Shown: positions 12,449-23,729 of the stretch, piece by piece
How the letters are laid out: every line of letters starts with the position of its first letter
How positions within the stretch are numbered: the first letter of the stretch is position 1
Source: Antechinus flavipes
Taxonomy: Eukaryota
Reading direction: 5' to 3'
Length of the DNA: 64,000 nt
Assembly: GCF_016432865.1 (NCBI RefSeq)
Contig: NC_067403.1
Location: 40,858,001 to 40,922,000 of the forward strand
Notes under the pieces: model-generated
Seen by the model: the letters and a program-made list of their open reading frames with translations, nothing else
Told to the model about the DNA's origin: nothing
The model's database searches: none
Made by a program: the position numbers and the translations under genes

Positions 12449-12751
12449 CCTTAGAACCAAGAGATGGAATGTCTTCTTTTTTTTTTTTTTGGTGGAACAA
12501 GGTCTCACCAGATCAGAAGACGGTCTTAGAGAGACTAAGATATAAGAGGACTGGAGGGGTAGAAGGGGGATATGTTATCAAGGACATTGAACACCAAACG
12601 GGATCTTTGGAAGAGAAAGTAATCAATAAGCATAGAGGTCGAAGAGAATGGAAACCCTGAATTTTTTTTTTTTATTGATTTAGTTCTACAGAATTATTGC
12701 GGAAAACCATTACAGATAGAAGGGTTTGGTGTGATTTTGCTTTTTGAAAGA

Positions 12752-13367
12752 TTTTTTTTATTATTGTACTACTTTTATTATATATATATATATATATATT
12801 TGTTTTCTTCTATAAAACGTTTTTGCCGGCAGTGGGGGGTAAGTTTGCGGCTGAGCTCAATTTCCCTTCCTCTCTCCCTGCATCACTCATCACCAAAGTG
12901 TTTCATCATCTCCATCGAGAATATCCATTGTCAGTTCCTCATCCTTATTACAATCCAAGTAGACTTGGATTATGAAGCTCTCAGGAAACCCCAGGGCCTT
13001 CATCCTCTCTATGGCTTCTTTGTCCTGTGGCGTGAGCTGGATGTTGTTCATCTGAGGGGATTCCTCACCAATGGCCCCAACCTCCCCCTCTACATCTGAC
13101 ATGTCTGCCAGCTCTCCCGTGGGCTCATTCGACATCTGGATGAGCTGTTTCTGGTGCCTGCTGATTTGCTGCAGTAACTGGGGGTTCTCCTGGCCCCAAG
13201 GCTGGGTTCTGCTGACTGTTGTGGAACTGAGGCTGGTCACGGAGGAATTCCAAGGGGTTCTTCCTCCTTCTGGGGCGGACTGCTCAGGGGCTTGGCTCTC
13301 CTGCACAGGGCCACTCTGAGGCTCTGGATTTCCTGGGATTCCCGTCAGCCAAGTACTCCACAGCCCG
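12752..13367 (-). pseudogene. RAD23A: Processed, 5'-truncated RAD23A pseudogene (XPC-binding and UBA2 region plus 3' UTR)
   Basis: Peptides [76 protein letters not shown] and FGDE* (stop 12885-12883) match remembered RAD23A (the [19 protein letters not shown] linker is A-type, not B-type). No introns, several frameshifts and deletions, then AATAAA and an A-tract at 12752-12759. Confidence 0.9.
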
Positions 13368-13384
13368 ATTTTATTATTATTTAA

Positions 13385-13875
13385 TCTGCATGTCCCTATC
13401 TTATCTACAAGAAAAACATGAGAGACGCTGTTAAAAGCTTCCCTAAAATCTCAGCAAAATCTATCTTCAGCATTGTTCTGATCTACCAGTCTAATAACCC
13501 TATCCAAAAATAGGTGTTAATCTGTCACGGTTGTTCTTAGGAAGCAATTCTACCTCTTCATGACCACTGCTTGGTTTTCTAAATGCTCATTAACCAGCCC
13601 TTCAGAATACATTCTAGAATTTTGCTAAGTTTTGAAGACAAATTCACTGGCCTAAAGTTTGTACGCTCCGTTTTCTTTTCTCTTTATTGAAAATGGGGAA
13701 TTTGTCTTTTTTAATCCAGTGGTACTTCTCATGTTCTTCATAACTTCTTTTAGTATCTAAGAATAAAGCTCTTCTGGGTCTAGTGACTTGAATTCATCAA
13801 TGGCAGCTAAGCAGTCTCTTGCTATGCTCCTCCTAACCCTGAGTATCAACTCTCTCTTGGCCATTCTCCCTGACC
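13385..13875 (-). mobile_element. CR1/L3 LINE fragment (degenerate RT region)
   Basis: Matches remembered L3 consensus blocks (ctgatctaccagtcta.taaccct, ttctagaattttgc, tcactggcct..agtttg, gacttgaa.tcat); directly abuts the RAD23A retrocopy. Confidence 0.65.
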
Positions 13876-13949
13876 CCCATCATGAAATTCTTCCATAATT
13901 TAAATGGCAGGAGGATCTAAAGAGAAGTTTCATCTTTGAAGTTTTGAAG

Positions 13950-14135
13950 NNNNNNNNNNNNNNNNNNNNNNNNNNNNNNNNNNNNNNNNNNNNNNNNNNN
14001 NNNNNNNNNNNNNNNNNNNNNNNNNNNNNNNNNNNNNNNNNNNNNNNNNNNNNNNNNNNNNNNNNNNNNNNNNNNNNNNNNNNNNNNNNNNNNNNNNNNN
14101 NNNNNNNNNNNNNNNNNNNNNNNNNNNNNNNNNNN
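13950..14135. other. Assembly gap; others at 14737-14927, 17498-17729, 43487-43617, 44032-44167, 60465-60599, 62848-63002
   Basis: N runs of about 130-230 nt, several bordered by (GGAA)n, (TATC)n or (TCC)n repeats; ORFs containing X are artefacts. Confidence 1.
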
Positions 14136-16591
14136 AGGAAAGAGACAGGAGGAAGGAGGGAAGGGAAGGAGGGAAGGAGAGAGAAAGGAAGGAGGGAAGA
14201 AAGGGAAAAAGGAAGGAAGGAGAGGAAGAAGGAAGAAAGAAAGAAAGGGCAAAGTAAAGCTGAATTTGAACTCAGGTTTTCCTGATTCCAGAACCAGAAA
14301 GATTCCATTTTCCTTAAAAATAATCTGGAGAACTGTTCCTTGAGTTCCTTTACCTTATTTTCAAGGAGAGACAACACTTTGATTAGTCATTGGCCATGGC
14401 AATAATAGCATCACATACTCTGCATGGAACAGTCCTGCCAAGACTTGGTCCGATTTCCTGGTGAGGGGGCCTGGCTATTAATGATCTTGGGAGTTGTATT
14501 CCTCCCCAGTTCATGAAAAGAGGAAGCTGGAGAGGTGAAACTTTCTAAGATGTTCAAGAGAAAGAACTGAGAAAGAGAGAAGAGCTTCACTCCAGCCACA
14601 CTGAGCATCTGGGAGAGAGCAGCTGTAGCAATGGGGTTGCTGGCAGTAGGTTTTGTCATGGCAGTTTGTGACTCCTCTCCTGAAATCCAAGCCTCTAGAG
14701 GTACTGGTGAAGTGAAAACTCAAAAAAGGAGCAAGTNNNNNNNNNNNNNNNNNNNNNNNNNNNNNNNNNNNNNNNNNNNNNNNNNNNNNNNNNNNNNNNN
14801 NNNNNNNNNNNNNNNNNNNNNNNNNNNNNNNNNNNNNNNNNNNNNNNNNNNNNNNNNNNNNNNNNNNNNNNNNNNNNNNNNNNNNNNNNNNNNNNNNNNN
14901 NNNNNNNNNNNNNNNNNNNNNNNNNNNATCTTCCTTCCTTCCCTTTTTTCTAAATCAAGAGCTACTGCTCAGGTGGCTGGAACACTGAGAGACATACAGA
15001 TGCAGGGGATGTGGAGGTACTAGTCGTTACCTTTCTCTGCCTAACTCCATCTGGATGTGATTGGCACCCAGTCCCAAGTGAGTTCTTCTAGCCTGTTCAA
15101 GACTGCATTTATCCACTCATTTCTCATAAATACCTGTGGTTGACCCAGGCCTGTGCATTTCCTTGTGTTTACTGGTTCATGGCAGAAGGGGATGGAAAAG
15201 TTCTATGAGCCACACAAAGTAAACTTTCCAAATGCAGAACTGGGACCCAAACCCCAATCCTTTGTCGGCGTGACACTAAGAGCTCTTTTCATTTTTCCCT
15301 TTCTGTAGAACTCCTGAGGCTTGAGACTTGGATCCACATTTATAAGAAGTGATTAACTACACCAAATATGGAACTATTGGCTAGAGCCAAATCTAGTGAA
15401 TGCCAGAATTTCCAACAGAAAACAACAGAGTGAATAAAAATGATTGAGTAAGGAAGAAAAGAGGAGAAATATTTCAGACTGTGCCTTGGATTGCAAATCG
15501 TGTTAATGTTGAACCAAATACTCTTCAGTAATGTCCGTTAGTGGGTGAACTTCACTCCCATGACATGTAGCGTGTCAACTCAAAGCATTTTCACAGAGAT
15601 GATTTTCCTTTCCTTTCACAGCAATATTGTGAGGTTGGGCAAGAATAGGATTCCCTATTTTGCAAATGGAGAAATGGAGGCACAGAGAAATGGCCTTGTT
15701 CAAAGTATAAAGGCAGGGACGTTACCAGGACTCAGAATAGGGAATTATGACATGATGTTAGGGAGACAAAGTCTTCTCTGATCCCCCCAAGATCTTTGCT
15801 TCATGGATGCTTGAAATTCTGCCAAAATGGTTCATTACTTTAGCTTAGGTTTTAATCCTTGCTAAAGCGCAACTTTCCTCCTCTCCTCCTGTCCCCAAGT
15901 GAGACTACAGCATCTGTTATTTACACTTTAATAAGAAAGCAAAAAAAATTAATTGTGAATTGGGATGGGAGAAGAGGGCGAGTAGTGCCCATTTCAACCA
16001 TCGTTCATTCTGGCTACTTCTTCCCCTTCCTTCCTTCTATGCTGCCTCATCACTTCTTCCACCTAGACCTTAAACCAGCTTCTCAAAAGAGCTTTCTTGC
16101 TCTCTTAGTAAGGTTCTCTTCAACTTGGAAGGGAAAGGAAAAATAATCCCTCTTCTTTTTTAAGACTCATTTTACAGATGAAGGATTTGAGACCATTATA
16201 AAACATTTATATCCTGATCTAGGCCAGATTTAAAAGTAGTGTTCCCTGTACATCTATTTAAACCTTTACTATAATGAACACAACTTGACTACTCTTAAAA
16301 TATATATAAAATATATATAAATATTTCCAACACACTGATCAGTTGTACTGATTTTTTCTCTTCTTTTTCTTTCTTTCTTTTTTGTCTTTAAAAATGCTGT
16401 TTGTTATATGTGATGGCTCTGAGACAGGAAGAAAGATACTTGGGAAAACTCCAAAGATGTAAAAAACAATACACACACACACACATATAAATATATATAT
16501 AAATCCTTTTTTCTGCAGCTGCCACATTTATTGCATCCATTATGTTTTTCACAGTATCTATTATCTGTTTAGCTCTGATAGTGTGCTGTTC

Positions 16592-16636
<45 letters not shown>

Positions 16637-19454
16637 GAAAAATCTCCCCATCCAAAAGCAGAATTTTCTGGCTCTAAAGTATGTTTAAAAACTATTGTAT
16701 TGTCTCTGGTAATAGCCTTCTTCCCAACAATCTCCACATGATGCACCTTAGTGGCTGCCTACCTTAGCTCTTAACTCTAACCCTGATCCTAATCCTGGCT
16801 TTGATTAAGACGCAAACAATTTGGCAAGTTTATTCAAGCTCACAAGGTGAGGCTAGAAGCCAGCAGAATCATAACTCCTCCCATTTCACCTAGGATAACA
16901 GAAACAAAAATACATCAAGTGAGTAAGGTACACTGTGTCCTTACGAACATGTAGAGTATTTCTTGATAAAGAAAGAAGGAAGAGAAATGTCAACATGTAA
17001 ATGAAGAAAATGTACCATTTCCATTGGTCATTGGTGACTATAGCAGTGATTCTAATTACCTCCTATTCCCAAAGCTTGTCAAGTAAACATGTCAGATTTA
17101 GTTATGATTCCATAGTTTTCAAAATCCACACCACTTAGCAATAAATCCCTTTAGGCTAGCAGCTTGATGTTCTAGGGATCTTGGCTCCTTGGCTTAATTA
17201 ATATTAACCTTGTATGTTCCATTTATTCACTTGTGCATGTACTGACCATTATACTGTAAATTCAGACTAAGTGCCCCTTTGCAATGTCCCCTACAGTCAA
17301 TCAATCAGTCCTTCATCTAGCATTGATTAAATAGTTACTGTTTGTATCAAGCACAGGGGACTCCAAGAAAGACAAATAAAATATATGCATGATCCTTAGC
17401 CTCAGGAAGCTTATATTCTAATGGGCAATGTGACATGCAAACTACTATGTGTATACAAGATTCATCTATCCATCCAACCATCCAACTATCTATCTATNNN
17501 NNNNNNNNNNNNNNNNNNNNNNNNNNNNNNNNNNNNNNNNNNNNNNNNNNNNNNNNNNNNNNNNNNNNNNNNNNNNNNNNNNNNNNNNNNNNNNNNNNNN
17601 NNNNNNNNNNNNNNNNNNNNNNNNNNNNNNNNNNNNNNNNNNNNNNNNNNNNNNNNNNNNNNNNNNNNNNNNNNNNNNNNNNNNNNNNNNNNNNNNNNNN
17701 NNNNNNNNNNNNNNNNNNNNNNNNNNNNNCCATAGGAGGCACTTAATAAATGTTTATTGAACTGAATTTCTTTGAATTGAGATTTTCCAGCCCCAGAACT
17801 CTATCCTCTTCTCCATCTAGCTGTCTCACTTTATAGATGGAAGCAGAATTAAAAATGCCTGTGAGACAATGTACTATGTGGTGATCTCCACTGACAAACT
17901 CATAAATCCCTTTGAATAAAGGACTAGATTGATGGTTAATTTATATTTGTAGATTTGATAATATGGGTATTGATAATGACATTTATTTATAAAGCTTTAA
18001 GGTTTGCAAAATGGTTAACACAGACAATCTCCAGATGAGCTTCCCTCCTCCCAGTTCTGTGATGTAGCTGTTATGCATATTATTTCCATTTTAGAGATGA
18101 TGAAGGGATGTCTCAAAAGAGATAAAGTGACCTTCCCACCTAGTGTTAGAGGCTTCCAGGATTATGGACCTAGATCATTTTGACTTCCAGCCTAGCACCA
18201 TCTACAAAGTTACTTTGTAAGCTCAAGTGTTTAGTATTAAGCTTAACTAAAGGCAGTATTGACTCTTGTTGCTCTTTGACATTTGAGTGGATGGATCAAA
18301 TGCATTGGTTTGAATCAGTAAACTTGATCACAGGATCATAGGCTTGGAGCTAAAAAGGATCACAGGATTTAGAACCAGATTTTAGAAGTCATTTAATCCC
18401 ACTTCCCCTTATTCTACAGTTAAAGAAACTGAGTCCTAGAGACTTGAACTGATTTATCCAAGGTCACATAGGTGCACAGTGTACAGTATTTATTTTCCTA
18501 TGCATATGTGTATATGTGTTTATATATATATGCATGCAATATATTATAATTATAATATTATGTATTTTAGCATATCTTCCGGATCCTAATGGAAGGGTCT
18601 TTTTTTATAATTTACTTTCAAAATTTTTATTATTTAGAAAAATAAACTTTTATTGATGACTTGTTTTTTATATCAATATTATTTCCCCCAGGATCCTTCT
18701 TCCTCTCCCTTCCAGAAAACCTTTCTCAGATAACAGATAACACATGGGAATTTTCTTAAAGAAAAGAAAAAAGGAGGAAAAAGTTATCACAAGCCATCAA
18801 CACATTGAAAAAAATCCAAAAATATGTATAATGTGCCACACCTGTGGACCTCCCATCTCCATAAAGGATGGATTAAGATTCATATTCATATATAATGCAT
18901 AGTGGTCAGAAAAAGAATATTTTTTGAAGGGGAGTGTTGATGCTTCTAATAACTCATCTTTCTCTCTTCATTGCCCAGTTTTTTCCATCAAACCATTCTG
19001 TGTGCGGGCAACGATGGTCATCATCACGGGCTGGTTTAAGCAACAGCCTCAGCGACGGCATCCGTTCCTCGCCACAGCCAAGGTTAGACGTGTTCCAACC
19101 AAAAAAGTGAAATCTGGAACGATCCCTTAGGTTCCTCCTGTGCCTTCTGGGGTGTTTTGCTGTTGTTGTCTTAACCCCATGAATTATCCTGCCAAAGCAC
19201 ATCTCTCGTAAGTGGGAACAACAGAGTCCATTCAGTTTACAGCTGAATCACACACAGTAAATCTCATCCCCATTCTTAAGAGCAGAGAAAGAATGCACCG
19301 AGGGGACAAAGAAGGCAGAAAAGGGAGGAGATATCTTGGCCAAGGGCCAGGGATGTAAGACTACTGATGTCTAACTAGTCTGCGTCTGGAGTCTGTGGGA
19401 TGCTGGGTGACCTTGCAGAGCAGAACAGTTCCTGACCCAGCGTGATGGACTAAC

Positions 19455-19564
19455 CAATTGTTTCAGATTGTACCAGTCGGGCGAGCCCGCCCAGCTCTGT
19501 CCCACGTACTTCTTTAGTTGGTGGAGAATGGATTCATAATAACCTTCTGGAAGTAAAAACCATT
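19455..19564 (-). other. Possible 110-nt cassette exon on the HOPX strand
   Basis: Acceptor ccttctctatttttgtag|AATGG and donor TTG|GTTAGT; one frame open (EWFLLPEGYYESILHQLKKYVGQSWAGSPDWYNLKQL), not recognised as any protein. Confidence 0.25.
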
Positions 19565-20397
19565 CTACAAAAATAGAGAAGGTTGAATAATATCTAACTT
19601 TCTGTACAGTGGTCAAAATGTTACTCTCTCCAGCTGTCAGATCGAGGTTACTTACTTAAGTAGCTAGTTCAGTGATTCTATTTATCTTCATAGATCATAA
19701 TATCAGAGCCAGAAGGAACTTAGAGGTTATAAAGTCTGACCACCTCATTTTAGAGATGAGAAAACAGGGGCAGAGAGATTAAATGTCTTTCCCAGGATCA
19801 CTCAGGAAATAAGTATCTAAAGAAGGAGTCTGAAGCTACATTTTCCTGCCTCCATGTCTGGTAACCTTTCCACTACCCCCCACTCCCTTTTCACAAAAAC
19901 TGCTGTTAGAAGAGTCTTTTCTCCACCCCCATCCCCTACCCCTGCTCCACCAGGGTCAGACCATTTACAGTCACTTAGAGGCAATAATAAGACACACTGG
20001 AAAGCTGTTATAAATAGAGCTTTACATAAATTCCAGCAATGAATCACTCATTCATCGAACCTAGGGTATAAAATGCTTTGTATAAAAGCTGATCCCTTTT
20101 CAGAGACAGTTCAACTTTTGTGCTAGTCCAGAGTTTTGCATGTGGAAACCTGTGCAAATCGAAAAGACAGTAATTGACTGTGTGTTTCTTTGCTGGTATA
20201 TGGTATAAATTAAGCGATGATATTGAATTTAGCTTGTTAGGAAACAAATGGGTGGATTAAAGGATGAATGCTTAAGTCTTGACTGAAAATAACATTTCCA
20301 TCATCTCTTTTTAGATAATTGCAAACTTATGAATGGACAGTGGCCAAAGCAGTTTAGGTAGAGGTATGAGAGTGTATAGAGATGTAGGAGTGTGTAT

Positions 20398-20430
<33 letters not shown>

Positions 20431-20509
20431 CAACTATCTATAAGGGACATTTGTAAATAAGGCATCCCTTATTTACTTATTTACTGTGGCAAGATTTGTG
20501 TTATTGTTA

Positions 20510-21370
20510 GCCCTCTGTTTTGGAAGGGACCAATAACAGCACAGGATGATGTCTTGACTTGCTCATTGCCTCATTCTCTCTTCCAGAGTCATTGAATCCA
20601 GACTCATTACATCTAGAGTCACTGAATCCAGAGTCATTGCATTCAGAGTCATTGAATCCAGAGTCATTGAATCTAGAATCGTTAAATCCAAAGTCATCAA
20701 ATCTAGTCATTGAATCTAGTCATTGCATCCAGAGTCATTGAATCTAGAATCATTACATCTAGAGTCATTGAATCTAGAGTCACTGAATCCAGAGTCATTG
20801 CATCCAGAGTCATTGAATCCAGACATTGAATCCAGAGTCATTGAATCCAGAATCATTGAATCCAGAGTCATTGAATCTAGTCATTGCATTCAGAGTCACT
20901 GAATCTAGAATCATTGAATCTAGTTATTGCATTCAGAGTCATTGAATCCAGAGTCATTGTATCCCATGCAGGACAAAAATCAAGATGGCTGGTAATGTCC
21001 TGGAATGCACTGAACCATCTTGGCTTCTAGACATCTGAACAAGCTCTAAGCTATCCACAGCACCTGCTTTAGTCACATTCATGGCCCATAGGAACAAATT
21101 ATTCTAATTTCCTATTCCTTTAAGGGAAGCCTTCATATACTTGGGGTAGATATCCCCTAATTCATGAATGGGTTTGAGACCTGCTCCTCAACCTGGTTTA
21201 GCCTGCCACCTGAGAGCATTTTACCCAATGGCCAATGAGTGTGATTTGGGCTTCTCGGAGCCACAAATGTGAACTGAGTGACTAGTGGACATGAAAGGTA
21301 GATGAGCAGGCCTTAAAAAGGCTCAGCAAGCCCTCACACTAGAGGTGCTACTCCACCCTGAACACCCCAT
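20510..21370 (-). mobile_element. Marsupial RTE-clade derived element (WALLSI/RTESINE-like) with an internal tandem expansion
   Basis: Blocks gatgtcttgacttgc, caggacaaaa.tcaaga, cttggggtaga.atcccct and caagccctcacac.agaggtgcta match remembered RTE-derived marsupial consensus. Confidence 0.6.
20583..20963. repeat. 15-bp minisatellite (CCAGAGTCATTGAAT)n, about 25 copies
   Basis: Read directly; variant units (..TTGCAT, ..TTACAT, CTAG.., shortened 13-mers) are interspersed. Confidence 0.95.
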
Positions 21371-23046
21371 GAACTTCAAATGCCCATGTAGTAATAATGC
21401 CATAGTATCACACTCTGAACCATAGAGTCAGGAAGAACAGATCTATTTTAAGCTGGAAGAAAAAAAAACCCACCAAGACTTAGATGGCCCAGAAAAATTA
21501 GGAGATTGAACTAGGTGACTTTTAGCTCTAACATTCTACTTTTTCCATTACTCTGAAGTGATCTGGATTTAAATCATCTCAGTAAGCAGAAGACATATTA
21601 AAATCATTCAGATACTCCAGGTACCTCTCTGGCTTGCCGAGCAGAGCCAATGGACAAATCCCTCTACTTAATGCAATCGGCTGAGCTCAGTTTTTCCATC
21701 TGCAAAGCAGGTCAGAATACTGACTCCTCTGTAACCCATCTCATAGCACTGGCGAGACAGTGACAATGCTGGGGAAATATTCTGAGCCTGAGTGTTGCAT
21801 CTGGTGATTAGGTGCGAAAGGTTTGTGTATGTTCCCTGCTATATTCAGGGAATCTCCAGTCAGCAAACAAAGAGGGTTTAAGTGTTATCTCATTGGGAAG
21901 TCTGCAGGAGAACAGAAGAGGCTGTGGAGATAGCAAGAGGCTATTTTTGTCTCTTAAGAGATGGTGTTGTCTCAAAGTTAAGTGTTGGAAGATACAATTT
22001 TAAATGATTTTTATTTGGAGAATGGATGGAGGCGGGGGAGGAAAAGGCACAGTTTTTATGGCAGCTTGAACAGAAATGATGGAAATTTGCCTCGTGGGAT
22101 GTCTTCACACAAATACTTTTAAAGAAACTAATGTCTGCTGGGTTTGTTCTGGAAGGGATGTCATCATCACTGTGTTGGGATAGTCCATGTGAAGATCTGG
22201 ACTGGAGATGACGCTAAATTTTTACTGTGTAGAGTTTGGGTGGCGAATGTGCAAAGACAGAATGAAAAGGGAATCGTGTCCTTAAGACGCTTACATTGTA
22301 CCAGTGGGATACAACCTGTTTTCCAGAATGAATAGTGTTTGGGTGCCTGCCTTCTCCAAGTACTGTTCTCATGATTGCTGTGTTGTTCTCTGAGCATTCA
22401 TTCACATTACATCCTCTGGGAAGTTCATTCCCCTGGCACTCCACAACTCAAACTGTTATGACAACAACAGGGATGTTATAATGATGATTACAATGCAGAG
22501 TAATGTGCTTGGGGCTTTTTAGAACAGGTAACTTGGGTGGGGTTAAGCCAATGAAGCAAAGGAATCCCAAGCCTTCTCAAAAACTAAATCCCTGCTCCCT
22601 AAATGTGCTAGAGGATTAGGAAAAAAAGATTTGCACTGTGGGAAAATCTCTTCACTTTGCTAATGAGAACAGTTCAGCTGAATGAGAAATTTGGATTACA
22701 CAGGCAAATATGAAGCTTATAAAATCAGCTGTCTTGCTTGTGTAGGGAAGCAATGATATGAGTAATTCAAAACAGCAGCGGCTCATTAGCAAATCTGCTC
22801 TAATTTCTGTTGAGCTTGGGAATACATCATATGATTTTGGGGCTGCCCAATTATCTTCCTGATTCTATTTTATTGAGGCCAAAATGACTTGCTTTCTCTC
22901 CTCTGAATACCCATGAGCTGACGGCAGGAGAGATGGCCCAAAGCACGCTTGCCAGCAACGGAAATCAGTCTAGTATTTTAAATCTGATTTGGCTGATCCA
23001 CACATAGATAATTGAAAGCTGGCTGTAAAATACTGTCATCCTATTG

Positions 23047-23082
<36 letters not shown>

Positions 23083-23588
23083 ATTCAGACAAAAACTTCT
23101 TGAAATCTTTCATGCATGTGACCTTGTGAAAGCCCCATTCATCTCTAGGTCTAGGAAATTCACATGATTAATTTTTTAAAATAAATGAATTTATTTCTTT
23201 AGGACATTGGAATGCACAGAAATTATATAATCATTAAATAGGTAAAATAGGATAGTTACAGGCCCATTTTTTCCTCTAGCAAATTTAAACATTTCTGCCA
23301 TCCCTATGGATTTTGTTTTTAAACTTGCCTAAAACAAATGGACATTTTTTTTTTTAAGATTATGCTTCCCCTTAGAAAATTCAGAAAAAGATTCTTTGTA
23401 TTTCCAAGAATATGCTTTTATAAGGGACAATATTAAGCCACCAACATTTTAGTAGATCTGTGACCTCACTGATATAAGTACTTTCTCCAATAATGAAGAT
23501 CACCACACATTCAATCTTTTTATAAGGTTCAACTCCTGTCTTTGCCGACCCATAAACTCTCCCCAGGAGAGCCTGCCCAAAGGAAGGG

Positions 23589-23729
23589 GGGTGCGTAGAG
23601 CACCAGCCCTGAAGTCAGGAGGACCTGAGTTCAAATCCAGCCTCAGACACTTAACAATTCCTGGTTGTGTGACCATGGGCAAGTCACTTAACCCCTCAGC
23701 AAAAGCAAAAAAAAAAAAAAAAAAAAAAA
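23589..23729 (+). mobile_element. WSINE1-like tRNA-derived SINE; other copies at ~4272-4405(+), 6055-6175(+), 29948-30091(+), 48771-48906(-), 53268-53390(-)
   Basis: gatagagcaccagccctgaagtcaggaggacctgagttcaaat (B-box) ... gggcaagtcacttaacccc(aattgcc)tcagc followed by an A tail. Confidence 0.8.

Noticed and set aside
13880-14377. ORFs spanning N runs (also near 14.7, 17.5, 43.5, 44.1, 60.5 and 62.9 kb)
   Set aside because: Assembly-gap artefacts.
15362-15371. Perfect CArG box CCAAATATGG (possible SRF feedback on HOPX)
   Set aside because: A few CC(A/T)6GG matches are expected by chance in 64 kb of AT-rich DNA; no supporting context.
20507-20741. ORFs with SLNPE / FNDSG pentapeptide repeats
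   Set aside because: Follow from the 15-bp unit; inside a retroposon, with 13-bp units breaking the frame.
20583-20963. CRISPR-like array
   Set aside because: Head-to-tail units with no unique spacers, no cas genes, mammalian context.
23589-23729. tRNA gene (B-box GAGTTCAAATC)
   Set aside because: tRNA-derived SINE head followed by SINE body and A tail; no cloverleaf.
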